Positions 10,404-20,456 of a DNA stretch of 64,000 bases are shown here, piece by piece. A program made the translations under genes and the position numbers. Position 1 is the stretch's first letter. Every line of letters begins with the position of its first letter. The DNA lies in IMG/VR virus record IMGVR_UViG_3300031867_000002, positions 96,001 to 160,000 of that record. One strand, given 5' to 3'. This stretch comes from a virus (Duplodnaviria > Caudoviricetes). A model generated the notes under the pieces. The model was not told where the DNA came from. It saw only the letters and a list, made by a program, of their open reading frames with translations, and did no database searches.

Positions 10404-11093
10404 ATGTTGAACCCAGAATTATTGCTTAACGATATTACTGTATTTGATAAGGGTAAATCAGCTAGATATAGATATCAAGGCAGAGGAGTTCCTAGTGTAA
10501 CAGAATTATTATCTTTCATTGATACAGAAGGTCTTGTTGGGTGGGCAAATAGAATCGGTAGACAAGGTATTGATAATAGAGATGTAGTAAAGAAAGCTGC
10601 AGATTTTGGCACTATGGTGCATGAGTCTATAGAGATGTATTTAAAAAAGAAACCAGTATTAAACGATAACGTATGTTTAGAAGCGTTTAAGAAATGGTGG
10701 GATGGAGTAAATAGTTGTCATAGAGTTAGAGTATTGGGACAAGAAGAACCTATGATAGGTGAGTTCTTTGCTGGCACATATGACTTATTAATCAGTATAG
10801 ATGACAAACCATATCTCATAGATTTCAAGACATCTAATCGTGTAGGATATAAGTACTTTATGCAATTAGCTGCATATAGATATCTTATATATACAAAAAA
10901 GAATATCAATCTTGAAGGGTGTCTAATTCTACAGTTTGATAAAGAAGAGGTAAACTTTAGAGAGTATTCTTTAACATTTAGTGACCCAGCAGATTATGAA
11001 TTCATTGAGAATTGTTATAGAGCTTTTATGGGACTTGTATATACGTATTATAACGCTAAGTTATGCCAACGTCAATTTGGAATTATATTTTAA
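10404..11093 (+). CDS. PD-(D/E)XK exonuclease (RecB/Cas4-like phage nuclease)
   Basis: PSVT..L, GT.VH..IE, AGTYDLL, IDFKTS, QLAAY motifs. Confidence 0.85.
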   Translation: MLNPELLLNDITVFDKGKSARYRYQGRGVPSVTELLSFIDTEGLVGWANRIGRQGIDNRDVVKKAADFGTMVHESIEMYLKKKPVLNDNVCLEAFKKWWDGVNSCHRVRVLGQEEPMIGEFFAGTYDLLISIDDKPYLIDFKTSNRVGYKYFMQLAAYRYLIYTKKNINLEGCLILQFDKEEVNFREYSLTFSDPADYEFIENCYRAFMGLVYTYYNAKLCQRQFGIIF

Positions 11094-11099
11094 GAAAAG

Positions 11100-11132
11100 A
11101 ATAACGGGTGTCATATATGACACCCGTTTATT
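11100..11132. terminator. Bidirectional terminator-like hairpin between convergent genes
   Basis: AACGGGTGTCAT-at-ATGACACCCGTT. Confidence 0.75.
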
Positions 11133-12392
11133 TTATGGAGTTGTAGTTTCTTCTGGAATTTCATACACTCTATTCTCTACAGTATATTCTTTCTTAATAT
11201 CAGTTTCAGATTCTGTGTGAGTTTGTTTATGAGTAATATTACCATCGGCATCATATCTTTCTTCTACACGAGTTCTAAGTTCTTCTCCAGTCTCTTCATC
11301 TGTAGAATAAGTATAGATAATCTTATCAATCATAACAAATTCTCCATCAATTAGTTGTTTAGTAATAGCAGACTCACGTTTATTATCTTCGTTGTAAGTA
11401 TATGTAGTAACCTTAGAATTGTCTTCTGCAAATGTAAGAAGATTATTGTTTTCGTCATATACTTCTTTAATATACTTACTCTTCTGATGTCCATGTTTAT
11501 CTGTAGCATAAGTATGTTTTTCTACTGTTTTCTCACCAGTCTCACTATCAGTACTTCTAGAGATACGAGTCATTATCTCTACATCATCATCTTTTAATAC
11601 CATTTTAATTACCTCACTTTCTAGGTCATACCAATATTGTTCTCTAACAAAACCATTCTTGATAACTCTAGAAATTTTAAAATCTGCATTAGGGTCATAG
11701 ACTTTAGTAGTTTTAGCAAATACTTTCTTGTCGTTAAGATGTCTGAATATCTCTGTAGTAGAAAGTGTTTTACCATTATGGTCTTTATCTCTTTCTACGA
11801 AGCATTCAAAGTTTTTAGCATGTTCTACATAATGAACTAGTTCTCCATACTCATTATAAGTAGCAGAATATATTCTAGCAACAGATTTGCTTTTAATAGT
11901 TTTAGTCCATATGATAGTAACATTACCGTCTTGATTGTATTCTGTAGTTTGAATTGAGTCGGTAGATTTTATAGTCTTAGTTTTAATATTACCATTACCC
12001 CAATACCAAAATTGTTCTCTATTATACATGATACCAGTGCGAGTGTAATATTCACGTTTAACAACTCTACCCTTATCATCATAATAAGTCGTATTAGTAG
12101 TCTTTTCGATATCCGTAGATTGACCATTCTTAGACATTGTTTTTTCTACATTACAAGAAATTATATTACCATCACTATCTTTAGTATAATTATATTTATA
12201 CTTAATAACAAATTCATCACTAACAACAATCTTACCTGTTGGATATTCTCCATCTTTATCTTTAAATACTACTACAAGGTCTAAATCTGTTTTAGATAAT
12301 AGGTCGTCTTTTCTTGTTTCATCATATACTAATGTAGTAGTATGATGTTTAACTCTAAGTAAATTATCTTCTTTAATAATATTTGTAGCCAT
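11133..12392 (-). CDS. YD/RHS-like beta-hairpin repeat protein
   Basis: Repeated YDxxG/YNxxG motifs (YYDDKGR, EYNQDGN, TYNEYGE, VYDENNN, RYDADGN). Confidence 0.55.
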   Translation of the reverse strand: MATNIIKEDNLLRVKHHTTTLVYDETRKDDLLSKTDLDLVVVFKDKDGEYPTGKIVVSDEFVIKYKYNYTKDSDGNIISCNVEKTMSKNGQSTDIEKTTNTTYYDDKGRVVKREYYTRTGIMYNREQFWYWGNGNIKTKTIKSTDSIQTTEYNQDGNVTIIWTKTIKSKSVARIYSATYNEYGELVHYVEHAKNFECFVERDKDHNGKTLSTTEIFRHLNDKKVFAKTTKVYDPNADFKISRVIKNGFVREQYWYDLESEVIKMVLKDDDVEIMTRISRSTDSETGEKTVEKHTYATDKHGHQKSKYIKEVYDENNNLLTFAEDNSKVTTYTYNEDNKRESAITKQLIDGEFVMIDKIIYTYSTDEETGEELRTRVEERYDADGNITHKQTHTESETDIKKEYTVENRVYEIPEETTTP

Positions 12393-12436
12393 ACTAACTA
12401 CCTCCTTTACATATTATAATAAAGTTCAACACTAAA

Positions 12437-12472
12437 AAGAAACAGGACTAATACAAGCCCTGTTTCTTTTTT
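12437..12472 (-). terminator. Intrinsic terminator
   Basis: AAAGAAACAGG...CCTGTTTCTTT downstream of nrdG. Confidence 0.7.
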
Positions 12473-12475
12473 ATA

Positions 12476-13015
12476 TTAGATTTCTACCTCTACAACTTTG
12501 CCTTTTCTAATAGATTCTCTCACATCAATGATACGCTGATTAGTAGAACCTCTCCACTTACAGTCAAGCGAGGCTTTATCTTTTTCAAACTTACCATCGA
12601 TAAGATAGTCAATATTGTAAAGAAGTCTCATATAAGACATAATTCCTTCATCAATACCTTTCTTAATCTGTTCATAGGTATAACCTGTATAGCAGATAAT
12701 ATTAAACTCTCTTCCAACTTGTGCAATAGAGTTATTGAAATATTTATTGATAGCAATAGCTAAATCTGCTAATGCGTCAGCCTGAAGGAAAGGTTCACCA
12801 CCAGAAAAAGTGATACCGTCATACATAGGATTACTGATAAACTCTTTAAGAATATTATCTGTATCCATAGTAATACCACCCTGAGGGTCATGTGTCTGAG
12901 GATTATGACAACCCTCACACTTATGATAGCATCCTTGAACAAATACTACATATCTAAGTCCAGGACCGTCAACAATAGAATCTTTTGTGATTCCAGCTAC
13001 TCTAAGATTACTCAT
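12476..13015 (-). CDS. nrdG: Anaerobic ribonucleotide reductase activating protein (radical SAM)
   Basis: DSIVDGPGLR, CxxxCxxC (CYHKCEGC), TFSGGEPF, DGKF, WRGSTNQR. Confidence 0.95.
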   Translation of the reverse strand: MSNLRVAGITKDSIVDGPGLRYVVFVQGCYHKCEGCHNPQTHDPQGGITMDTDNILKEFISNPMYDGITFSGGEPFLQADALADLAIAINKYFNNSIAQVGREFNIICYTGYTYEQIKKGIDEGIMSYMRLLYNIDYLIDGKFEKDKASLDCKWRGSTNQRIIDVRESIRKGKVVEVEI

Positions 13016-13883
13016 TTGTATTACCTCCTAAGAAAGTTGTAAAGTTATCATAGATTGGAGATACTTTACCGTATGGAGTCATTGCTTCTCTATCTCCAAT
13101 CTTTGAGCAAATTTTGTCACAAATCTCTTCCTGTTCAATAACATTATCAGTGTCAACGTATTGCCACTCATTAACACTAATTCCAGGAATCGCTCCTACA
13201 TCATCAATTGTTTCGAATGGCTGATGTGTAATGAGTTCTTCTACCTCACCAATTACTTCGTCTTCATCACCTTCAAATTCATTCCAGTAACTAACTATTG
13301 GCATAAGCCATTTATCATAATATTCAGTATTACCATTCACATGAAAACAAGGATATTTTATCCATTGACCTTGAGAATTATTCACATAATCATTATCAAT
13401 TCTCGGAAACAATGGATTATCCCAATTCCAAAGTTTATCGAAAACCAATAATTCGTCTACACCTTCTGCATATATATTGACATTATATCTCGGTAAAATA
13501 CCCAAGTCATTAGTTGCATATATTTGCATACCAGGTTCAGATGCTTGAAACGTAAATGATACTCTATTCTGATAGAAGTAACAGAGTAGAGCTTGCCAGA
13601 ATTGAATATTAGGAGACCAAGCATCATTACATTCGATACTAAACTCTTCTTCATTAACTATATCACCTATCCAATAGATATAGCCACGTTGATAACACGA
13701 AATATCAACGCCGTATCCGTACTTAGCTAAATACACCTCCCATAAATCTCTGTTTTCAGGACAGATTTGTTGCATAAGTTTAGAGACTTGTTCCATTTTA
13801 TTATGCAAGTCTACTAAAGCACATTTTCCTTCTGGAGTACCATCGCTCCAGAATGTGATAAAATTGTTACACCAGTTAGGCAT
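13008..13883 (-). CDS. DUF1281/YubB ferredoxin-like family protein
   Basis: N-terminal MPNWCNN, AWSP and EPG motifs. Confidence 0.65.
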   Translation of the reverse strand: MPNWCNNFITFWSDGTPEGKCALVDLHNKMEQVSKLMQQICPENRDLWEVYLAKYGYGVDISCYQRGYIYWIGDIVNEEEFSIECNDAWSPNIQFWQALLCYFYQNRVSFTFQASEPGMQIYATNDLGILPRYNVNIYAEGVDELLVFDKLWNWDNPLFPRIDNDYVNNSQGQWIKYPCFHVNGNTEYYDKWLMPIVSYWNEFEGDEDEVIGEVEELITHQPFETIDDVGAIPGISVNEWQYVDTDNVIEQEEICDKICSKIGDREAMTPYGKVSPIYDNFTTFLGGNTNE

Positions 13884-13949
13884 AAATCATCGTTCCTTTC
13901 GATATAAAAATTTCTGTAGATTCTTCTCTACACAAAAATAATATATAAT

Positions 13950-14375
13950 TCATACAGTGTTTATAAATACATCACGAGTAATTTTACAACGTTCTCTATC
14001 TATAATCTTTTTTACTGATTCACCAAAAGAATTAGTTCTAATAACAATATCATTCTTATAATAGCTATATAGTTCATCATATCCAGTATTATCCCAAAAG
14101 TTAGATATATTACCTTTAGAATTATATTTACAGTTCCATTCATTACCTCTACTATCTTGATAATGAATAGGTTGTTTATTGGCATTATATTCTATCCAAT
14201 ATTCAAACTTTTCATCTCCTATATACTGAGAAGCATAAATTATATTTCCAGAAGTATCTCTTTTAACTTCTGGATTCTTATTCTTTGTAATGTCTTGTGA
14301 AACTTTAAAACTAACTGGAGCAGTACTCTTAACAGGACCACTTTTCTTTTTCCTTCTTCTATACGTTCTACTCAT
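13950..14375 (-). CDS. Hypothetical protein with short beta-hairpin repeats and basic N-terminus
   Basis: YQDSRGNE/FWDNTGYD/TNSFGE repeats; MSRTYRRRKKK. Confidence 0.55.
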   Translation of the reverse strand: MSRTYRRRKKKSGPVKSTAPVSFKVSQDITKNKNPEVKRDTSGNIIYASQYIGDEKFEYWIEYNANKQPIHYQDSRGNEWNCKYNSKGNISNFWDNTGYDELYSYYKNDIVIRTNSFGESVKKIIDRERCKITRDVFINTV

Positions 14376-14415
14376 ATAGACACCTCCTATGATATATTAT
14401 AAGGAAGTTAAAGCG

Positions 14416-14439
14416 AGGGTAGGAATCAACCTACCCTCA
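14416..14439 (-). terminator. Terminator-like hairpin
   Basis: GAGGGTAGG-aatcaa-CCTACCCTC. Confidence 0.6.
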
Positions 14440-14445
14440 AATATA

Positions 14446-14949
14446 TTAAGAACGTTTAACTACTTTAATACCTGCATTAATACAGTTTCTAATCTGGTCA
14501 TGACATCTACGAAGAAGACCGCAATCTACATATTTTTTAGCATGGTCAATAAGACCTTTATTAACTTCGTCGCATTCTACAACTACATATACATCTTCTG
14601 GGTCAATACTATAATATTCACAAATATTTAAAACAGCTTGTGCGTCATCATTAATATCATTATCATTCATATAGATATCAAGAATTCTGCCATCAATAAA
14701 ATATGCAGATTCATTACAATTACTGCCACATTCAATTCCACATTCGGTTTTAGAAGCTTTACAAACTTCTACATTACCGCATTCAAACTTAAGATTATTA
14801 GGAACAATAGCAGAAGAAAAATTATGTCCATTACCGATAGTATCCTGAAAATCTGCACACTCGTTACCGCATTCAGTTTTAGTAGTAGTATTTTTTCCTT
14901 TACTAGATTCAAGAAGAATATTAAATACTCTCTCATTATACATACTCAT
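14446..14949 (-). CDS. Hypothetical Cys-rich protein (repeated ECG motif)
   Basis: SD AGGAGG; KTECG/FECG/KTECGIECG repeats. Confidence 0.55.
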   Translation of the reverse strand: MSMYNERVFNILLESSKGKNTTTKTECGNECADFQDTIGNGHNFSSAIVPNNLKFECGNVEVCKASKTECGIECGSNCNESAYFIDGRILDIYMNDNDINDDAQAVLNICEYYSIDPEDVYVVVECDEVNKGLIDHAKKYVDCGLLRRCHDQIRNCINAGIKVVKRS

Positions 14950-14963
14950 GATAGTATCCTCCT

Positions 14964-16424
14964 TTATAAGTTAGCTATAGAGTTAAGCATACTTTCATTA
15001 ATTTCATATATGCTATTAACTCCTTTAGTTCTTTTACATGTAAGTTTGTTATAAGCAAAATATTTACCGTTTAGACTTTGTAGAATAGTTAAATCTTCAT
15101 ACTCTCTTAAAAGTTTCTTTTTGTATTCATACTTAACAGGGTCAAGTATATTAAATACAATAGGTTTAACTCCTTCTAAAATAGCTTCAGATTGAAATTG
15201 TAGAGTCGCTAAACTACTATTAAAGTTTTCATGGATTTGTTCCATATCAACCACTTCAAGTAATGTACTAAACTCTAATTGGTCATCTGATAACACTTCA
15301 CTAAATTCCGTAACTAAACAAGGTAGATATTGATAATCTACATATTGTTCAGTTTTATATTTATGATAAACCTCTTTCAATATATTAGCTATGTTTTCAC
15401 CTTTATATTTATAAGTGGTGAATTCACATTCATCTAGTAAATCTTTTGTTTTTTTCTTTTTAAGTTTACCAGATTCTTTATCTCTAGTAATCATGTATTC
15501 AGAAGTAATATCGTTAGATAATGCAAATCCAGATTCAAATGTATTTTTATCCATGTAGTTTGTTATAAATACACTAGGAGACATATCTGTTCCTACTGCT
15601 GGCATACCACCTATACTAGCTGGACCTGTATGCTCATGAACTCTAGAAATAGTCTTTGGTTCAGTATCATTCATATAAGATTCTTTAAGCTCAGCAAACA
15701 TAGTAAGCAACTGTACAAACTCGTTATTAGTAAGTCTAATATAATTATACTCACCTTGGTCTGTAATAAATTTTTCTTTCTCTAATTGTTTTGCTCTATA
15801 TTCAGGCATCTCACGATTATTCTTATTATCTCCACCATCTTTAATATCAAATACAAGATTATAAGGTAAATAAATAGCATCTGTAATCCAAGTATGTTCT
15901 TTGCCTTCAAACTCATAATAGATAGTAGGACCAGGAGTTAATAAGTCTTCAGAATTAATCTTCAATACATTATCACAAAACTCTAAGAACTTCTTTTCAT
16001 AACTTCCAACATAAGTTTTGTATGTTCCGTCAGACCATCTGTATTTACCAGATATACTTCTGTTAGCAAGCATTTTTTGTTCTTGCCATTCCATATCATC
16101 AAGTAGAGTAGTTTTACCGTATACTCTAAGCATATTGTTTTTATAGTTTTCTCTAGCTTGTTGTTTACATTTTTCAGAACAATAAGATTTATATCGCACA
16201 GAATTCTCGTCCCACTCAGTAGGTTTCTTACAAATACGACATACACCCTGTCCTGCTCCGATTGGTTCTTTATTATTACAAATGTCGAATACAATTCTAT
16301 TTGCAGTATATCCTTTATCAGGATTTAACATGTCATCATGATGTTTATCAATATGACTAGCTAACTTAGGTCTTTCAAAAGATTTACTACAAAATGGACA
16401 CTTATACTTTCTTACTGAAGCCAT
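14964..16424 (-). CDS. Zn-finger + TnsA/T4 gp4-like PD-(D/E)XK nuclease
   Basis: C2H2 finger (CPFC..HIDKHH), CRIC..C..C, YVGSYEKKFLEFCD, IYYEFEGKEHTWITD, FDIKDG. Confidence 0.65.
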   Translation of the reverse strand: MASVRKYKCPFCSKSFERPKLASHIDKHHDDMLNPDKGYTANRIVFDICNNKEPIGAGQGVCRICKKPTEWDENSVRYKSYCSEKCKQQARENYKNNMLRVYGKTTLLDDMEWQEQKMLANRSISGKYRWSDGTYKTYVGSYEKKFLEFCDNVLKINSEDLLTPGPTIYYEFEGKEHTWITDAIYLPYNLVFDIKDGGDNKNNREMPEYRAKQLEKEKFITDQGEYNYIRLTNNEFVQLLTMFAELKESYMNDTEPKTISRVHEHTGPASIGGMPAVGTDMSPSVFITNYMDKNTFESGFALSNDITSEYMITRDKESGKLKKKKTKDLLDECEFTTYKYKGENIANILKEVYHKYKTEQYVDYQYLPCLVTEFSEVLSDDQLEFSTLLEVVDMEQIHENFNSSLATLQFQSEAILEGVKPIVFNILDPVKYEYKKKLLREYEDLTILQSLNGKYFAYNKLTCKRTKGVNSIYEINESMLNSIANL

Positions 16425-16522
16425 AACAGTCCTCCTTTCATAGTATTATATCAATGTTCTGGAAATCAAATATAATGAGATTGTAAAAGTTTAATATTTT
16501 GTATATATATAATATAAGTGAA

Positions 16523-16720
16523 TAAGAGATAATATCAAATCGATAGCCGTCACTATCGACCACTCATATTATCTCTTAGTGGACTCTCGGTAGAGGCTTA
16601 GCGACAGCCATACTACACTAAAAGTACCGAGATTATCCAAGAGGAGTTGCGTCCTTAGGTTTCTGGAATATCCTTTAAAACCAGAGCAACTATCTATGTT
16701 CCTGAAAATTCATGGAACAA
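16523..16720 (+). ncRNA. Putative structured RNA / 5' leader with four stem-loop domains
   Basis: Perfect 13-bp stem 16523-16535/16566-16578 enclosing TCGATAG/CTATCGA; TCTCGGTA/TACCGAGA; AGTTGC/GCAACT; TGTTCC/GGAACA; follows an early-type promoter. Confidence 0.5.
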
Positions 16721-16747
16721 ATTTTATCTATAAGGAGTCATTTAATC

Positions 16748-17377
16748 ATGGCTGAAACAATGAATGTAGTAGTAAAAGAAATCGTTATCCGTAACTGTGT
16801 TAAGCAGATTTATGTTGCTAATGGTATGATTTACAATATCATTGGTCATGGAGAGTTTGCAGCTGCTCAGCTTACACCCGAAGGCGAAGCAACCGAAGTA
16901 GAGCTCTATAATGCTCTCGGTCCTGATGATATCGAAAGATGGCCTCTGGCAGCTAGTCTCGGTCAGATGGCGGATTTCACACTCGTTGGTGAATCTGAAA
17001 AAGTTACTGATAATACAGAAGAAGTACAGAATAATGAAAATATTGGCTTTGGCACTGCAGCGTATAAAGTCGATAACAGCAGCTTTGATGAAGTTGTGGA
17101 ATACCTGACACATCTCAAGGGTGAAGATTTCTTAAAGTTTGTGTATTATGCAAAAACACACGATAATAATTTTCCCCGTTATATAGATGTGTTTGCAAAC
17201 ATTATTAATGCAGATGATGCGTATTGCACAGCGATTATTAAGCTGACACGTCATCTTGGCGAAGCAGTTGAAAAAAGAGCCTTCGAACTCTTCGATGCAG
17301 CTGCGGATGATAAAATATACGAAGCAAACGTCTTTTTCAATTTCTGGAAAGCACTCCAGGTAATCAACTTCTGCTAA
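16748..17377 (+). CDS. Hypothetical protein (209 aa)
   Basis: SD AAGGAG before ATG 16748; lone + strand gene that looks more GC-rich than its neighbours. Confidence 0.7.
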   Translation: MAETMNVVVKEIVIRNCVKQIYVANGMIYNIIGHGEFAAAQLTPEGEATEVELYNALGPDDIERWPLAASLGQMADFTLVGESEKVTDNTEEVQNNENIGFGTAAYKVDNSSFDEVVEYLTHLKGEDFLKFVYYAKTHDNNFPRYIDVFANIINADDAYCTAIIKLTRHLGEAVEKRAFELFDAAADDKIYEANVFFNFWKALQVINFC

Positions 17378-17442
17378 TAACACAACAGTATTATTTTGAC
17401 AATTGAATAATCAGCTAGATGACTTAAGTCATTAGTAGTTGG

Positions 17443-17479
17443 AAAAGAACGGACTCATTAAGAGTCCGTTCTTTTTTTT
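17443..17479. terminator. Bidirectional intrinsic terminator
   Basis: AAAAGAACGGACTC-attaa-GAGTCCGTTCTTTT between convergent genes. Confidence 0.85.
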
Positions 17480-17482
17480 ATA

Positions 17483-19177
17483 TTAATAATTATTCATGTT
17501 AATTGTAGGAAGGATAAACTGGTTTGCTGTTACCATGATTGTAATAATTTTAGAGATTGTATCAATAATACAAATGTCTGTATCAATACTAGAAAGTACT
17601 TTACCATCATATTTTCCAGTAGTAATATTGTAAGGGCAATCATGAGTAATACAATCGTGAATAATCGTATTAGAATCGATTTCACCTACAGTATCATAGA
17701 GTTCGGTCATGATTTCATAATATGAAGATTTAATTATATCTGCAATATCTCCAGCCATACTATTTTCAAGTTCTTCAGATGCTAAAATAGAAGCTTTATA
17801 TCCTTCAAAGTTAGCTGCATATCCTACACCATTAAGTGCTGCAGAACGACAATTGAGTACTGCATCTTCAAGTAAATCACGCTCTGCATCACGGTCTGCC
17901 ACGGTAACACCACCGATATAGATTTCTACCATCTTACCTTTAAGAGAATTAAGACGTTTTTTAAGGGTATAGATTTCTGTAGTAGTATTACCTTCTATAT
18001 TAAGTTTATCAATCTGTTTCTGAAGATAATCTGTTCTTTGTTTAAAGAGAGAAGAATATTCTCCTTTTACATTAAACATTTTAAACGGATTTACAAATGT
18101 AGTTTTATATGCATCGCTAGATACTAGTTCTGCTTCACCAGCAAATGTATCAATATTATCTGGAGTAGGAGCTAAACCAGATTCAATATCTTTTTTTTGA
18201 ATTTCTGGGTCAAGATATTTCTTGATATACTTACAACCACAAAGGTCACAAATATCTTCAAACTGTTCCATATCACAACCTTGAATATCGGTAATAATGT
18301 TCAAAATACCACGATTAGCTGCAGGAACATTTGCAATAGACTCCATAAGAGTATCCATATATGCAGAATAATCTCTAGAAATTCTAGGAGCCATAATTAC
18401 AGTAGGAACTACTTCTTCTGGTTTCTTTTCACTAATAGGTTTGAGAATATTCTTTACAAGAATAATGTCCAAGAACATACCCATCTCTGCAGTATCAATA
18501 GGGTCTTTAAATGCATAAATTTTAGGATTCTTAATATCAACTGTATTTTTCACTGTATCGTTAATCAATGTAGGGTCAAGGAATCCACATTCCATAGTCA
18601 TACCATTGATTTCTTTAAGATAAGTTGTACCATTCATAGATGCTTTTACATCAATATACACATCAAGTCCATATTCTTTATATACATTATTAAGAATCTT
18701 AGCTAGTTCTTCATCACCATTTGTAGCGATAAGAGCTATATCATACATATCTTCAATAGTAGCTAGTCTACCATTTAATTCGATATTTTTCTTAATAACT
18801 TCTGCTGTTTTCTTGAACGCTTTTACTAATGATACTGGAGTAAAATTATGTTCAGCTTCGTATGCAGACAGTCTATTAAAAATAAGAGAAGATAAGATAG
18901 TAATACTAGTTGTAGAATCGCCAACTTTTTGAGCCTGTGTACGAGTCTCTTCTTCAATATCAGCATGTACAGCTTTTGCAATCGGGTCTACAAATTGAAG
19001 GTGAGAAAGAATAGTATGACCGTCTTTGGTATATCTAGAAAGTGCACCATCTTTACCAATAATAGAATTAGAACCATAAGGACCAAATGACTTTACTAAT
19101 GCATCTGATAAAATACTCATTGTTTCTAATTGAACTTTTCTAAGAGCTTCTTTTCCAACAATATTTGAATAAACCAT
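17483..19177 (-). CDS. Phage GroEL-like chaperonin
   Basis: SFGPYG, YTKDGHTIL, VGDSTTS (GDGTTT variant), IYIGG...EDAV; 564 aa. Confidence 0.9.
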   Translation of the reverse strand: MVYSNIVGKEALRKVQLETMSILSDALVKSFGPYGSNSIIGKDGALSRYTKDGHTILSHLQFVDPIAKAVHADIEEETRTQAQKVGDSTTSITILSSLIFNRLSAYEAEHNFTPVSLVKAFKKTAEVIKKNIELNGRLATIEDMYDIALIATNGDEELAKILNNVYKEYGLDVYIDVKASMNGTTYLKEINGMTMECGFLDPTLINDTVKNTVDIKNPKIYAFKDPIDTAEMGMFLDIILVKNILKPISEKKPEEVVPTVIMAPRISRDYSAYMDTLMESIANVPAANRGILNIITDIQGCDMEQFEDICDLCGCKYIKKYLDPEIQKKDIESGLAPTPDNIDTFAGEAELVSSDAYKTTFVNPFKMFNVKGEYSSLFKQRTDYLQKQIDKLNIEGNTTTEIYTLKKRLNSLKGKMVEIYIGGVTVADRDAERDLLEDAVLNCRSAALNGVGYAANFEGYKASILASEELENSMAGDIADIIKSSYYEIMTELYDTVGEIDSNTIIHDCITHDCPYNITTGKYDGKVLSSIDTDICIIDTISKIITIMVTANQFILPTINMNNY

Positions 19178-19211
19178 ATCGGTTCCTCCTTTAAATATAT
19201 AATAGTATTAC

Positions 19212-19988
19212 TTATTTGTTTTTGGGTTTCTTTTTTACTACCTTTAACTTCAGGGTAGCGTAGTCATTATCTTCTTTACTATATGTGTCGATGATTGCAG
19301 TTTTAGAGTATCCATTTTCCCACAACCATTTACCTAAATCTAAATCACAATATAGCATCTTATCATCAAAGAAGACATTGAATTTATAGTTTAATAACAT
19401 AATTCGTTTTTCAATAAATTTCTGTTTAAACTTATATACATCATATTTACTTTTGAAAATAAATTCAGTATAATCGTTTACATCTATATCAGATAACTCA
19501 TTGACTATCTTTACGTTAACACTTTTATGATATCGTCTTACAATATCTTCTTCTAGTTTATTCCCGCATACTATAGTAACATGTGTATTATCCATAGCAG
19601 CATATACAGAGATTAGAAAAAATATTCCAGTGATTGCCATATACTTACTTTCTTTAAGTAAGTCACCATATCTAGTAGACATGATTTCTTTATAAATAGA
19701 ATCTGCAATTTCTTTATCTTTAAAGCATATTGTTAATGGATTAGGGTCTTCTCTATTGATTAGAAGAAATTTAACTTCTTTTGTTGACATATTCATAACG
19801 TCTTGGTTAATGAATTTAGGATTGTTGTATTCTGCTTGTACCATTCTTAATACAGCAAAATCTAAATCTACTATAGTATTAAACATAACTAAATAATTAT
19901 GATAACCTGCTGCAGCTTTATCTACTTCAATCTTTTTCTTTGTACCATCTGGGTTAACTTCTTCTACATTAATAGAATCAATTGCCAT
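19212..19988 (-). CDS. Hypothetical protein (258 aa)
   Basis: ORF in operon, SD GAGGAGG. Confidence 0.6.
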   Translation of the reverse strand: MAIDSINVEEVNPDGTKKKIEVDKAAAGYHNYLVMFNTIVDLDFAVLRMVQAEYNNPKFINQDVMNMSTKEVKFLLINREDPNPLTICFKDKEIADSIYKEIMSTRYGDLLKESKYMAITGIFFLISVYAAMDNTHVTIVCGNKLEEDIVRRYHKSVNVKIVNELSDIDVNDYTEFIFKSKYDVYKFKQKFIEKRIMLLNYKFNVFFDDKMLYCDLDLGKWLWENGYSKTAIIDTYSKEDNDYATLKLKVVKKKPKNK

Positions 19989-19990
19989 AA

Positions 19991-20455
19991 TTATTCCTCC
20001 TCTTCTTCAAATAGAGGACTATCTGAATTATTATCTAACGAAGATATAATAGAATTTCCTACTAAGGTTGCTAAATGAATTAGTTCTTCATCAGCTAAGC
20101 TATTGATATATTCATATCTTTCTTTAGTCTTACTCTGTTCAATATCATCAAAGAATGGAGTAGAAACACTTTTCAATAAGTCTTTAGCTTCTCTAACAGA
20201 ATCTTCGTGAGTCCATTGTGCTTTTTCTTGAAGTATCATTTCTTTATCATAGATTGGTATATGCTGTTTGGCTAGTACTGGAATATCAGGGATATTAAGA
20301 ATATGCTCATACTCTTCTGATACTTGTGCAACAAATTCTTTACTTAGTATACTTCTAAGATACATATATTTTTTATAGTTATGATAATGCGTAAAACCAT
20401 GCGATTTTGCAAGCCTTCTACATTTCTTTCTTTTTCTCCAATGCATTATAGTCAC
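19991..20455 (-). CDS. Hypothetical protein (154 aa)
   Basis: ORF in operon. Confidence 0.55.
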   Translation of the reverse strand: MTIMHWRKRKKCRRLAKSHGFTHYHNYKKYMYLRSILSKEFVAQVSEEYEHILNIPDIPVLAKQHIPIYDKEMILQEKAQWTHEDSVREAKDLLKSVSTPFFDDIEQSKTKERYEYINSLADEELIHLATLVGNSIISSLDNNSDSPLFEEEEE

Positions 20456-20456
20456 C

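Noticed and set aside
10404-11093. cas4 as part of a CRISPR-Cas locus
   Set aside because: Lacks the Cas4 Fe-S cysteine arrangement; no array or other cas genes; generic phage PD-(D/E)XK nuclease
16523-16720. tRNA or retron msr/msd
   Set aside because: No cloverleaf with T-loop/CCA, and no adjacent reverse transcriptase
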